64,000 nt of DNA from Eledone cirrhosa (taxonomy: Eukaryota): NCBI GenBank assembly GCA_964016885.1, contig OZ024741.1:200818001-200882000 (forward strand), read 5' to 3'. How positions within the stretch are numbered: the stretch's first letter is position 1; the number at the start of each line of letters is the position of its first letter. The notes under the pieces are model-generated. The model ran no database searches. It had not been told where the DNA came from and was given only the letters and a program-made list of their open reading frames with translations. Below, piece by piece: positions 38,431 through 52,260 of the stretch. The translations under genes and the position numbers were made by a program.

Positions 38431-40130
38431 GGTGATGTGGGCCTTCATGTTCTTAGCGCAGGAGTATCCTAGTTTAACTTTGTGTCGGTTAAAGATGGAG
38501 CAGTATTTATGACCTATGGGAAAGTGTCTATCTAAGAGTGCTAGACATTTTTTTCCTACATTGGTTTTAACATTGAGTGAGAAGGGAGGAGAGAACCAGA
38601 TAGTTTGTCTATTGTTGCGCTTACTTTTCCTAATGGTGTTGTTGCTAGTGGGAGAGTAAGTGATATGTTGTGAGAAGCCGCTGTTAGCCAACGCCGTGTT
38701 ATAGTAGGGCGCCGCCCTGTCAAAGATAGCCTTATTAGAGGAGAGGTTTGAGATACTAGTACTGATATTCTTAACGAAATTTCTAAAAACAGTGGGAGGG
38801 TGGCATGAGTCCTTGTGAATGTAATTTAGTTTCTCGTTTAGCTTATGGAAGGGTCTGTGGGTGTGTGTGCGAAGGTCTAAATTAATGTCTAAGAAATCTA
38901 CGCTAGAGAGATTGGTGGCTACTGTGGAAGTCCGGGAATCTAACACGTAATATGTCTAAGATAAATAGGCAAACCAAGTCATTTACGTCAGCACTGTCAA
39001 ACGATCCCATTGAAACGTCGAATAGGTCTGAAGTTGTAGACTTCTTTGCCCAGGTTACTCCGTCGTTGAAGAGGAGGGTTTTCCGACAGTGAGCGATGAT
39101 TCCCCTGTCTAACCCATCGACGGTGGTATAAGTGGTAGCGGCGCTTTGTTTAACAGGGTCTCTGAGATCGACGGGTAAAAATCGACAATGTCAAACTGTG
39201 TGAACTTCGCTTTTTTGGATTTTAAGGAGTTAAACCACTTAATTACGGAGTCGCTGTTCTCCCACTGGGGCAGGTTGGACTTGGTCCTAATGGTCTTAAC
39301 TATGTTTCTAAGTATGGCTTACTGACTAGTCCCGTATCTGTGCGTGCCGGGTTTATTAGTCTACATGTGGGGTTAGAAGTAAAGTCTACCTTGTGATCTT
39401 TCAGGGTGAGGAACGCCTCACCCGTAGCTAGAGATTGTAGCTTCTTACCTATCTTAAGGTCGGCGGCAAGTTATAAACCCGGCACGCACAGATACGGGAC
39501 TAGTCAGTAAGGCCATACTGGCGGAGAGCCGATTCAAGGAACGTTTCCTGAACCACCAGTCTACCTTCAGGTACCCGGACAGACGTTCATCCACGAAACT
39601 CGCGAGTCACGTATGGTCCCTCAAGGACTTAAGTATAGACTACTCCATTCAATGGAAAGCCATCACTAACTCCAAGCCATACGCAAGGGGAAATCCGACG
39701 TGTGGCTTATGTATTGACGAACAAATAACTATTCTAAAGAGATTACGCAATAGTGATTGCCTAAACACGAGAAATGAATTTTTCACACATTGTCCACACG
39801 TCGCCAAACACCTATTGCATAACTACAAGGCTCCGGACTGATTCTTTGTAATTTTATTTTTCAACTAAAAACTTTTCGGACTTTCGCAGTTATCTCCCTT
39901 ACACCTCTCGCACGCATTCTAGTATTGCCTGTGTGAAGTGACCGGGTTTCTGCGCATGCGCGTTCGTACGGTTGTTCTTCCTGTTCCTATAACCATGCCC
40001 ATTCCGAGCTGAGGATCCGCTAAGGTGAAACAATTGTTCTCGGTATGGTGAACTAACTGTTGTGTAACCACTTCTACCTAACTCATCCCATGGACTGATT
40101 GCTCTGCCACTAAGGATATTAGCTTCCAGT
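38431..40130. mobile_element. Neptune-type PLE remnant with internal inversion
   Basis: Minus RT pieces (VDFLDINLDL...YIHKDSCHPP, IWFSPPFS, RLINPA). Plus GIY-YIG C-terminus at 39520-39841 (FKERFLNH...TKLASHVWSLK...CGLC..E...LNTRNE...CPH). 39473-39519 duplicates 39311-39356 in inverted orientation. Confidence 0.75.
39999..40048 (+). ncRNA. Hammerhead ribozyme in the Neptune pLTR
   Basis: ccgag-CTGAGGA-t-cc(gctaa)gg-t-GAAA-caattg-TT-ctcgg; helix I extends via ccat/atgg. Confidence 0.8.
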
Positions 40131-42454
40131 ATATATATATGAGTGAGCTGCACACACATTTTATTTTATTTTATTTTATTTTTTTTTTTTTACAGACATA
40201 TTGTGCTTAAGCCTGACTTGTATGAACGTATATGTTTAGATGCACATATGTATATAAACTTTAGCAGAGCCGTTTCAACGTCGGTTAGAATTATTTGCGG
40301 TATTCGTTTCAGCTCTTTGAGTTCAAATCCCACAGATGTCAACCGTGCAATTCATATTTTTCAATGTCTATAAAGTACCAGTCCGTACTGAGGTCGATTT
40401 TTCCTCCATAACTACCCCCCTCTTCCTCTCTATCCCTCACTCTTTTATTCCTTTTCTGGAAGACATCGACTGTGTTCAGGCATGGAAAGCGGGTGGGCTC
40501 CATCAAGTTTAATAATGCCCAAGTAACGCCGTATGTCCCGACGATTCCCCTACGACTCAATCAGGAGTCACGGGCCTATATATACATATAAGTATTACAC
40601 ATAAACCCTCTCAGCTAGTACATAATACCGCATAATCTTCTTTCCTAGTTCAAAACTGGTATCCAAGCGAACATAGGAGTTCGAGACGCTCACTCAGACT
40701 CAGTTACATTTAGTCGGGCATATAACAGGGATTGGAGTAGTGGGGAGATATAATTCCTGAGTCATGCTATTCTTTTTCTTCTCCCATGACCAAATCAAAT
40801 GAATATTAAAACTAATTATAATCATGCAACATCAGACACACATCCTGTTCCCCTCCGAGACATCTACAACCATTTCTGCTGTCCCGTCTACACTCTAAAT
40901 TCCTAATTTGTTTTCACATGGATCGCAAGATTTCCAATTACATTGAATCAAACTTTTCCATCCTCGTTCATCTAAATTTCTATTCTATATTTCGTGTGTG
41001 TGAATCCTTAACTCCTGGTGGAATTGTAGGGTTGCCGTTTGAACAAAAATATTTCTTCCAGAGAAGGAGAGAGAATGAGAGGGGAAAAGATATGGGAAAC
41101 GGATATAGAGGAAAAATCAACCTCAATACTGAACTAGTATTTATTTTTTATCAACATCGAGAGGATGAAAGGAACATTTGACAACAAGCAATTAACTCCT
41201 TTAAGTGGCTCCAAATGCCAAGATTCACAATCTCTCATCTTTCATGATAATTTCATATATTACCAAAACTGCATCACAAATATTGAGATTCCACTTTAAA
41301 GTCAGGGTATACTTCAGCCCTGATCAGCTGCTAGCCCCCTAAAAAGTAAAAGTCACATTAGATTACTGCTCTCCTGTCTGAGAATAGTACTTCTTGAAGT
41401 CCCCCCAAAATGACAGGATTGTCACAACTGAAACGTCTTTGGTCATATGTCTACTTGATCAGGGTTGAAGCAGTAGTAAACAACGACTATAGTAAAATAG
41501 AGCGCAACAGATTGATTTAAGTTGCTATTACGCATGAACAGTAACCAAAAACTACCGCCTCTAATTTCGAGTCAATGAGGTAACATCTACGTGGTCGATC
41601 AGCTTGTTAGAACTAGCAGCCAAATTTCCACTGAACCGTACCTTATTGTATGAAGAAGGATACACTAAACAATGTAATCAGTGACATACAACAAAAAATG
41701 GGATGGTTCTGACTGGAACACCTATCATCATAAGCTTGATAAATCAGGTCATAACTTTGCCTTAAAAACAACTATCATCGATTTTTTAACCGTTTTTTTT
41801 TTTCTTAATAAAGACCTTCACGACTACAAAAGCTGAACTTATCTTATTTGTACCGAGAACTAAAATGTGACTTAAAACATCTCTTGATTACATAACTCCG
41901 GGAGGCTTTTATCAGAGCACAACTGTATCGAATACATTATAAATGTACTGGATTTCCTATACTCGATTTCCTTGTTTCTCTACATACAATGTTTGCCTGC
42001 CTGACTGCTCTTTTGATTATTGCTACTGTTTCCCTCAAGCAACTATTGTGATAAATAAATTGCATTTAAATGCTGACTAAATCTACATATAAATATTCAA
42101 AGGAGTTTGTTGAGTAAATACATGTTTCCATTTGGTTGAATATTATTATTATGTTATAAGTTCTGATCGGTACTAGCGTTCTTGACACTCAGCTAATTAG
42201 AAAGATGACAATGTTTATTCTCAAAGGATTCGTATATTCTATTGAGAGGGAATAAATAAATGAGTTATATTTATTCTAACACCCCAAACAATTACATATT
42301 TAGAACCAGGAAATATAGTTCTTCCAACACGAACAATTTTCATGATAACATTTTATGAATATTGAGTTTAAAAGATATTTGGTGTAGTATATACACACAT
42401 ACACAAAGATATATATATATATATATATTTATTAAAATAACATACATACATACA

Positions 42455-42518
<64 letters not shown>

Positions 42519-42634
42519 CATACATACATACATACATACAAGGGAACGGGCGAAGGCTTCAAGAACACTCTTTGCCTGTTCCCTTGTCGTTTTAATTTGG
42601 ATTGCCACGGGAACGTAACCTTATTATATAAGAA

Positions 42635-42709
42635 GATGTCTGATGAGGTCAAGGGACTGGGTACACGGAATCGTGTGGCCACTGTTGTCATTGAAATATG
42701 TATCACAGC
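42635..42709 (+). ncRNA. Degenerate HHR with extended helix II
   Basis: gatgt-CTGATGA-[46 nt incl. acacg-gaat-cgtgt hairpin]-GAAA-tatgta-TC-acagc. Confidence 0.55.
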
Positions 42710-42774
42710 CTTATCAAAAAAGGACTTTAACATCTGAAACTACTTCGCATTTTCTTATTCTACACACACACACA

Positions 42775-42859
<85 letters not shown>

Positions 42860-42867
42860 TGGAGAGG

Positions 42868-43033
42868 TGATTAAACCGACCCCAGTACTTGAAAATTACT
42901 TTATTTATCGACCCCATAAGGATGAAAGGCAAAGTTGATCTCGACGGGAATTGAACACAGAAGATACAGAGCCGAAACAAATACTGCTAACAATTTTTTC
43001 GACGTACTAACGACCCTGTCAATACTCCGCCTT
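42868..43033 (-). mobile_element. tRNA-derived SINE (major family, diverged)
   Basis: tatcgaccccataaggatgaaaggcaaagttgatctcg core. Confidence 0.7.
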
Positions 43034-43784
43034 AAGCCGATATAAAATAATAAAATTAATAACTTGAAAATTCTGGCAGCTGGCCTTGCATTTCGAACGT
43101 GAAGAATGTTCATGTCCTTTTACGGTTAAACAACACTACTGTTGCCATATTTAAATTATATGGGTGACACTAAATGTGTAGAATCCAAAGAAAATTGCAT
43201 CATCCATTTCGAAATGGTGTATACAAAGAATATCTGGAATACAGCTGCACATCTGCCACATCGTCTCAATACAAATTGCACCGAAATTTCTCATACATGA
43301 CAGATTAGTCACTTAGGTCTTCAAGCAAATTAGTCAGATTAGTCACTTAAGTCTTCAAGCAAATTCAGATAAATTCGGATTGCCGTAAATTGGTCTATTT
43401 GCTATCAGACTAAACATTACAATACCTCGATAATTATCTGATCCAGATGCAGATAATGTGGACGCACTTACACAATACAGACATTCACTACATTCAATAC
43501 ACTTTCATCCATTTTGTTTGGTTGCCAGATGCTTACAAAAGATCTAAGCAAACAACACTATTGGCTTACTTAGCAGAAACACTACTAGATTACTTGGACA
43601 AAGTGACATATATCTTCGAATCATGAGAGAATTTTATACCAATGACATTTTCGCCTGCAAATAACTATATTTAATTTATTTAATGTGCTTTTTTATGTTA
43701 TACATTTTTTTATTTTATACATTTTACATTTGCAACCAACCAATGTACATAGATACATATACACACATGCACATACACACACGC

Positions 43785-43900
<116 letters not shown>

Positions 43901-43962
43901 CGAAGGAAGTCCAGATCTAGCTGTCGAAACGGTCGGAGCTGAGCTGGGGACCTGACTCTTTT

Positions 43963-44013
<51 letters not shown>

Positions 44014-44039
44014 TAATGGTTTGTAACTTAACTTTATGT

Positions 44040-44640
44040 TGAGCGAGACCCAATAAAGGCAGTCATGCTGAATCGTCCTTTACGCGGTTAACCAAGTTAC
44101 ATGTTCAGGCCTTGGGGAGAGAGGCCTGTTCGAAAAATATACTTTAGTCTCCATCTCATGCTGTAAAACTGGCGATGGGTCTACGAGACGTGGGATGCGT
44201 GCGATGGACGGACAAAGAGTGCGTATTCAGGGATCACAAAGGGGGTTCGAAAGAAGACAGACCGTAAAAATTGGAACCTGGAACTTCACAACTCTTACAG
44301 ATAAGGAGCAGAGGCTTGTAGAGGAGACTAGATGCTACCGGTTAGATATTGTCGGGTTTTCCTCAACAAAGTTCCATGGATCTGTTACGGATCTTTAATT
44401 TGGATGGTGAATGGAAACTCAACTTTGGTGTGGTGCCAGAAATGACTGCACAGGCGGGAATACTCAGGTGGGAATACTCAGAAGCCCTCGGCTGTCAGAA
44501 TGTGTTATGGACTGAATCCCATTAGAAGGGAGGATTTGCTTTTTTAATCTTAGGCTGAAAGATACGTCTCTGTGGGTGGTGTAAGTTTATGCACCAAACA
44601 AAGTGTCTGAATACGAATCATTTGATTAAATCATTGCAGC
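44040..44640 (+). pseudogene. RTE-clade LINE 5' region (APE endonuclease)
   Basis: VKIGTWNFTTLTDKEQRLVEETRCYRLDIVGFSSTK and a later VYAP motif. Confidence 0.7.
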
Positions 44641-44719
44641 ATTAGCACAGAATCGAAGGGATGAGACAATAACAAAATTCAAATATTTCTCTCTGTCCCT
44701 GATTCCCCTTATATTATGT

Positions 44720-45330
44720 ATATTTATGATTGTAGTTTGTGCTGGAAGAAGGTGTTCATATTAGAGAGTCCATTGCTAGAACAGAAGTCTAATAATGCCT
44801 TTCTATTCGTATTTAGATCGGGGTCACCATTCCTTCCAATCACGCCTTTCCATGTCAGGTGGTCAGTGCCCATAATGATACATGACTCAGTCATAACTAC
44901 ATCTAATTCTGACAACCGGGGACTTGTGAGTATCCCCACTCCTGCTTGTGCAGTCATTTCTGGTACCACACCTGAATAGTGGTGTTTCTATCCTCCATCC
45001 AAATCTACACATCAGAACCACAGAACTTTGTTGAGGAAATCCCAACTATATCTAGCAGATAGCATCTAGCCTCCTCCATTAGTTATTGCTCCTTACCTGT
45101 AAGGGTTGTGATTATCCAGGTTCCAGCTGTTAAGGTTTGCTCCCTTCCGAGCCCTCTTTGGGGTGTTGGGATACGCAACCTTTGTGCCTTTATCCCACGT
45201 CTCACGGGACAGGTCGCAGGCCCATCACCCGTTTTTTCTGCATGAAATGGAGACTGCAATATACTTTTATAACAGGCTCTTCTATCTAAGGCCTTAACGC
45301 GTCCTATTTTAACCCTCCCGAAGGATGACA
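44720..45330 (-). pseudogene. Second RTE APE fragment, inverted relative to 44040-44640
   Basis: AQAGVGILTSP...LLDFCSSNGLSNMNTFFQHK. Confidence 0.7.
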
Positions 45331-45459
45331 GGTTTCAACTATTGCTCCATCTCCCCTAGCAGTTTACTGCTGCTGGTTGTTTATTCGTTCGGTAGTTGCC
45401 CGCTTATATCGCAACTAGCCATTATATCTGTTGGTCATATCGCTATCCACCTCCTGCGA

Positions 45460-46290
45460 CCCGTTCTCTAAAAGGAAGACGGGAGATATTTCTCCAATTA
45501 TAGAGGCATTTCCTTGCTAAGCCTCCCCGCTAAAGTCTATGCTAAGTGTCTGGCAAAGAGATGCAGGGAGATTGTCGAGTCTAAGCTAGCTGATGTACAA
45601 TGCCGTTTTCGCCCCGGACGCAGGAAGCCGACCAAATATTCACACTGCGGCATGTCTTTTAGAAATCGTGGGAGTAATGCCAAGAGCTATATGCTTGCTT
45701 GGTAAACCTCGAAAATGTATACCACCGCGTTCCCCGGGACCTACTATGGAAGGTTCTGCAGGAGTATGGGATTGATGGATAGTTTCATGTTGCCCAGATG
45801 TCTTTATATGAATGACTTAGAATTTGCGTTTGGATAAATTGTGCTAAATCGAAACCATTGAATGTGGCATTTGGACTCCTTTAAGGGTGTGCACTGTCAC
45901 CTCTCCTGTTCATAATCTTCATGGTGTATATTGACATGTGCAACCGGGTTGAAAGTGGTATCACGACTGGTGGGTGTAGGCTCTGCTGGTTGAAATTTGC
46001 AGAGAACATGGTATTACTTAACTCGTTTGAAGGAGATCTCCGACATGTACTTGAGAGGTTAGATGCCGAGTGCTGCACGGCTGGAATGAAAACAGTGCTG
46101 CGAAGACTGAGACACTCGTCCACTCAAGGAAGCGTGCACAGTGCACTCTACATATGAGTGGAGTTCCACTGATGTAGGTGGAGAAGTTCATGTATCTTGG
46201 GGCCGTCCACGAGTGATGGAAGGCAGAAGACTGAATTAAGTGCAAAATTAAATAATCTGGTGCATTAATGCCCTAGCTTCAGCATTCGGT
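45460..46290 (+). pseudogene. RTE-clade RT fragment
   Basis: NYRGISLLSLPAKVYAKCL..QCRFRPGR, GCALSPLLF, KFMYLG across frameshifts. Confidence 0.75.
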
Positions 46291-46890
46291 AATCAGATGA
46301 AGGGTTCTAACTTAATAGCACCACATGGCGAAGTCTTTCAGATTATGGGTTCTCAACTTAGTCATGTTTTGGACACAGTGGCCCACTTCAGTAAAGAGTT
46401 GTTTTCAGAGACATATCCGGGTGCAGGGGTTTTATCCGGATATCTAGGAGAAATGTGTCCAGGAAACCTTTGAAAATCATGGGATCTGTTTCTGTCTTGA
46501 TGTATTTCGGCGTGATATTAAAGAGAGCTGAACCAATGGAGATGACATATTATGTCATATCGTTGTTATGAGATACGAGTTTGATGTTTGTTGTGGTTGG
46601 ATAGCACGGGGACCATGTCTTGCATGGGTTTTAATGTAGAGCGGTGGGCCATACCACGATACATACGAAGTATTTGTCCATCGCCCTACATATCTTCAGA
46701 AGCGGTATATTAAAAACAGTATTTCAAATTGTTGTACTTCTGTACATTCATACATTAACAGACATATTATAATTAAAGATTAGAAGCAATATTATATGAG
46801 AATACGTCTGTGTATATTGACCATATAGTATTGCTTCTAATCTTGAATCATACACACACACACACACCAACACACACACCAACACACACC

Positions 46891-46975
<85 letters not shown>

Positions 46976-47502
46976 CTGTTAAAGTATGGGTGTACAGAAG
47001 TACATATATACAGTTTTTAACATATCACTTCTGCTTTGATGTTGTTTTTGATTGCTCTTGTAATTTGCAATGTATCAATTGGTGTATTAATTGGTATGGT
47101 ATGAATCTCATTCGTTGTATGGAGTTATCCCATGTATGTTATTCAGTTGACACGTCAAACAATATCTGATCTCTTGAGGATTTGTAGAGCGATGAACAAT
47201 TGCCTCGTATGTATCGTGACATGGTTCACCGCTCTATGTTGAAACATACGTTGAATAAAGGTATGTTTTAAGTATAACTTGGTTCTTCTCTCTATTAATA
47301 ATTTATTAACTCTGAAGCCCGTATACCAACAGTCTACAACAAAATCTCCATTTTGAATTACTGCTCTATCAAGGAAACTGGGTAGCATCGAGCTCCTCTC
47401 ATCGTTACCACGATCTATATTGGAAAAACCCCAATACCACCATATATATATGTATATATATATATACATATTTATATTTATATTTATATATGTATATATA
47501 CA

Positions 47503-47547
<45 letters not shown>

Positions 47548-47597
47548 GTATATACATACACACACACACACACATACATACATACACACACACACAT

Positions 47598-47676
<79 letters not shown>

Positions 47677-47721
47677 ATACATATATATACGGGAGCGACG
47701 TGTGTTTGTTCGAACATAAGC

Positions 47722-47754
<33 letters not shown>

Positions 47755-48589
47755 TGTATGTATGTATGTATGTATGTATGTATGTTTGCATGAATGTATG
47801 ATGCAATAGATATATAATCCAGCTGCCAAGCCAACATTTGACATCGGTTTCAAACAACCATGCCCCTGATAAATTAGTTCGTCAACGCGACAGCTACAAC
47901 AGTAAACCAAAACAGCTATACTATCTTGTTTACTGAAATGAATTTGATAGTTCAGTTTTCTCTTATTCAAATCATGGACTGTTCCTTCTGAATAGATTAG
48001 GAATAGATAATATATGTCTTAAATATCTTTCAGGTCAGGTTATAAAATCAAGTCAAATGTATCAAGGTCTTTCTAAAAGATAACAGCATTGTTTTACTTC
48101 TTATGAAAATAACATCGCATTTCGTAAGAAGAATTCCTTTATCTTTTTTATTTGAAATATACCGAATTATGTGTAGGGTCGATAGCTTTGTGGTCGCTTA
48201 ACCTAGTCGCTTAACCTCTTGCAAGTCACAGCCTACCGTTTTTAAACGGTTAGGATACAAATTGATTATAACTTAAACATAACTCGTGGATCAACTGAAT
48301 TGGAGCTGACCTGGGGTTAAACAACAACAACAACAGAATAATCATTACAGCTTCGAAGAAAATATTTAATAATTCACCTTTAATTTCTGAATTTCACGAA
48401 ATTAACTTTTTTTTTTAATCTTGCCGAAGTTAACTTTATGTTTTATCCTCCCACGGTCCCTAAAATAAAGATCCAATTATGTACTGAGTCAATTTAATAT
48501 TTCTATAAAACATACTACAGCTGAATATAATTATAATAGAAAAGGCTTATTTTTGTATTCCAAAAGTATAGCAGTAATGCGCTAGATTC

Positions 48590-48830
48590 AGCATTTGGTC
48601 AGTAGAAAAAAGGAGGTAGGTTTAAAAGCCAAACTCGCTGTCTTCAATCGGTATTCGTACCAAAAACTTACTTATGGCCATGAATCTTTGGTAATGACCG
48701 AAAGTATATGATCGCGAATACAAGCGGCTGAAATGGGAGTTCATTCGAAGGGTCATTGGGGTAAAGTTACTCGATAGAGTGCGTCGCTCAGAGATCAGAG
48801 AGTCACTCCAGGCAGAGCCACTGCTTCTGA
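48590..48830 (+). pseudogene. RTE-clade LINE C-terminal remnant
   Basis: LTYGHESLVMT..RIQAAEM...DRVRRSEIRESL readable with frameshifts. Confidence 0.6.
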
Positions 48831-49769
48831 CACGACCTGCTAGGGGGTGTGCTTGATGACTCTGTCGCCACGGCCTTCCCATGAATAAGTGAAAGAAGAA
48901 GAAGAAGAAGAAGAAGAAGAATGAGTGAATAAGTTTGACGATACGGAGCCCAGTGTATTAAAGAAAGATTCATTAACTTTTAGGTGGGTTTCCAAAACGT
49001 GCTAAAGTTAATTAAGCCTCATTAGACTTATTAGCTGCCACAAATTGAGAGAGTTATATGCAAACAATTCTGTTTAATGAAGATGTCTTCACTGAACATT
49101 GTCAAAGTATTCATATATCATATACATTTATAAATAAAGTTATGTGGCATACCATAGAGTAAAATTAACAAGCAGCTCAGATGGTATTCATGTCATATAT
49201 TTATAAATATGATATGAGTACCGTCATCTGTATGTGTGTGTGTGTGTATGTATGTATGTATGAGAGTGGGACTGGCTTTGTGCAGTGCCTTTGCTCACTA
49301 TAAAAGCTTCACGGCACAGGCATTGCTTTGTATCTGGAGATCTCTCTGCACTTGTCGTCACATGGTACCATGGGCCCAGCACTATGTGTCAATAATTGTC
49401 ACAAGTGTAGTGTTTGTACCAGAGTTTTTAAGTCGCTGGTTGGACTAAAAAGTCACATTCGTTCAGCGCATCGGTAGGGGTTCTCCTACATGGATATAAA
49501 GTAGTGGCCGTACTTGAAAACGAGTTGGCAGCCACCATGTATGTATGTTCTTCTGGTTTTATACTTTCACAAATTGTTGCCAATAGAGAGAGAGTCGGTT
49601 TCTAACATACAAGACTCTCTCATTGGAATTTACTCAACATCAACTAGGTAGATATGTCTGCATGTCTGCATGCATGTGTATGGATGTTATTGTATGTGTG
49701 GATGTGGATGTTTTGAGTTGTATGTGTGCATGTGCATATGCTTTGTATCTGTACAAGTGTATATGCAGT

Positions 49770-50335
49770 TATTAGATGCAGAATTTTTGAAATGTTTTAT
49801 ATATTTTTACTGTTCCATTAATGAATTGTACTTGTAATTTCCTAACTAGTCGTGTTCTTTCTGTTTCTGTGAATCCCAGTTTTCAAGATTTGTATTGAGG
49901 CAGTTACTAACATACCCCAGTGCCCCAACAATCACAGGCATAAATCTGAAGATATAGTCAGGCTGGAGTATCTGCAGATTTCTCATTAGTTCTGCATAGA
50001 TATTCTCCTTTTCGTTAATCTTTAATATTATATTGACATCTGCTGGGCAGCTAACTTCTACTACTGTGCATGCCGTCTTTTCCCTGTCCCATATCATAAT
50101 ATCTGGTCTGTTATGCTTGCATTTCATTGGGGTTTTTACTGGAACATTCCACCAGTACTCCTTCATATTATGTATGTGTATGTCTTCCACATTGCTGTAA
50201 TTTTTAATGTGTTTATTGTCGGGGCTATCTTTTCTACGGAATGTAGTGTTTTGGCCACTACACCATGCCTCATAGGTAAATAGTACCGTGATGACATCTT
50301 TGGACAGCTGGTTATGACGTGGGTGACATCTTCGA
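49770..50335 (-). pseudogene. R4/Dong-like RLE retrotransposon 3' fragment
   Basis: WWNVPVKT..KHNRPDIMIWD...VEVSCP...K...Y..L...PVIVGALG, a PD-(D/E)xK RLE domain. Confidence 0.75.
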
Positions 50336-50469
50336 TGTTAATTCTGCAGAGTCTGCACGTGTATGTATGTATGTATGTATGTATGTATGTATGTATGTAT
50401 GTATGTATGTATGTATGTATGTATGTATGTATGTATGTATGTATATGTATGTATGGATGTATATATGTA

Positions 50470-51611
50470 CTAGCAGCAGTACCCAGCGTTGCCTGGGTAG
50501 GTAAAATAATATCTGTTTTGATGAAAAGGTGTTGATCTTAGCGACTGCTTCTCGGTGACTCATCTATGGCCACACACAGGCCATACGGGGGAGTGTGGTG
50601 ATGACCTCTATCACTGAGAAATGCGGGTGACTGACGAAGGGGCACGCTGGGGAAGAGAGGTAATGACCTCTAACACTAAGCCAAGTTTCCTCACGCTACT
50701 TGATTGGAAACCTATGAATTCTTAAATACACAACTAAAAGCTCAGACGACGTCAGTGGCCATCGTTTTGCCTTTGACTATCAACTGGATAATTGTATGGA
50801 ATTATAGAATCGTAAACATCATTTGCAGCAAATGGTGAAAAGTTAAGATGATTTGCTGCAAATGCTGAGAATTTAGAAGTCGTATTAAAGACTGAAGTGG
50901 CTGCCACGCCGTCCTTGACCAACAAATACGAAATGTGAAGCAATTAGAAGATGTGTAATGGAAAGTTCTATCTGAGGATTGAAGTTGACAGATAGCAATG
51001 TCACAATGGTGAACGCGATGGCAAATGTGGGAGCTAGATCCGAAAAGGCGGAAATTTGAGCGAAAATGTGGTATTTTCGAATATTTAAGCGGCTGCCACG
51101 CGGTTCCTGAACAAAAAGTCCAAAATGTAAAGCCACTTGAAGACGTGAAATAATCAGATCAAGCGTAGTGTAAAATTTGAACAAAGTAGGTTGAATAATG
51201 TGGGAGCTAGAGCCGAAAAAGTTGAAATTTGAGTCTAAAAGTGGTATATTTGAATATTTAAGCGGCTTCCACGCCGTCCCTGAACAATAAATGCAAAATA
51301 TAAAGCCATTACAGGATGTGCAATGATAAATTCTATTTTGCTTTAAAATTTGAACGAAATCGGTGGCAAAATGTGGGAGCTAGAGCCAAAAGTCTTATTT
51401 TTCGATACCTAAAAAAAGGTGACCCACCTATCGATATTTATCTGCAGAATGACCCCGGAATAAAAAAAAAACGATACGTTGATATATAAAAAACACTCCC
51501 CGATGACTAATCTATGAGCCTGTAAAGTTTCATGAAAATCGGTCGTAAGATGTAGGCCCCTATAGGTAATACACAGACACACACACATACTTAATTTTAT
51601 ATATACACAGA
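50470..51611 (-). mobile_element. Non-autonomous Helitron
   Basis: Minus strand A|TCtgtgtatatataaaatt...acccaggcaacgctgggt hairpin...CTAG|T; internal ~170-bp imperfect repeats (aatgtgggagctaga x3). Confidence 0.7.
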
Positions 51612-51924
51612 TGTATGTATCTATGAATGTATGTATGTGGAGAGGATTTAAAATAACGCCTTTCAGAAATCTATTGCGTTAAGCAAAAATTATTCCTGGT
51701 ATTCGTTTCGGCCCAGGTTGTCACGATATCAGTATAAATGACGAAAATTCTTTGATGCAGTGTCCCAGAAATTTAAATTGTCAAATCAGCTCATTTCTAC
51801 ATTTCTACATTTCTACGGTTGCGGATGCAAATGTAAATAAATATAGTTAGAAGTTTTAACCTCAATATTATTACTTTTTCTGAAAATCTGTTTTAAGCAT
51901 GTTAATCGCAGGCTGCACCAGGTT

Positions 51925-52260
51925 GCCGCGATCATTCTCCGACAGGTTTGCAGTCGAGCCCCTAGCAATAGAGACTTCTGGTGTCCTTGGCGATAGGGCT
52001 ACCCTCCTACTCAACACCATAGGCGCTGAGCTGGCGAGCTGCAGGTGTGAGCCTCACGAGATAGAATGGCTCTTCCAGCGCATCTCTCTTATTATCCCCC
52101 GGGGAAAAGCCTTCTCTCTTCTGGCCGCCGGAACCACGGGGCGGCCAGCACGTGGGACACCAATTGCTCACAATAGTGAGAGATAGGGAGGACGAGAGAG
52201 ATGGAGACGATGACAGTGGTAGTTCGTCTCCTCTGTGTTCGGACCTGGTGTACGTGTATG
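51925..52260 (+). mobile_element. CRE-clade RLE fragment with 3' UTR
   Basis: SDRFAVEPLAIETSGVLG..IGAELA..WLFQRISL..PRGKA. Confidence 0.7.
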
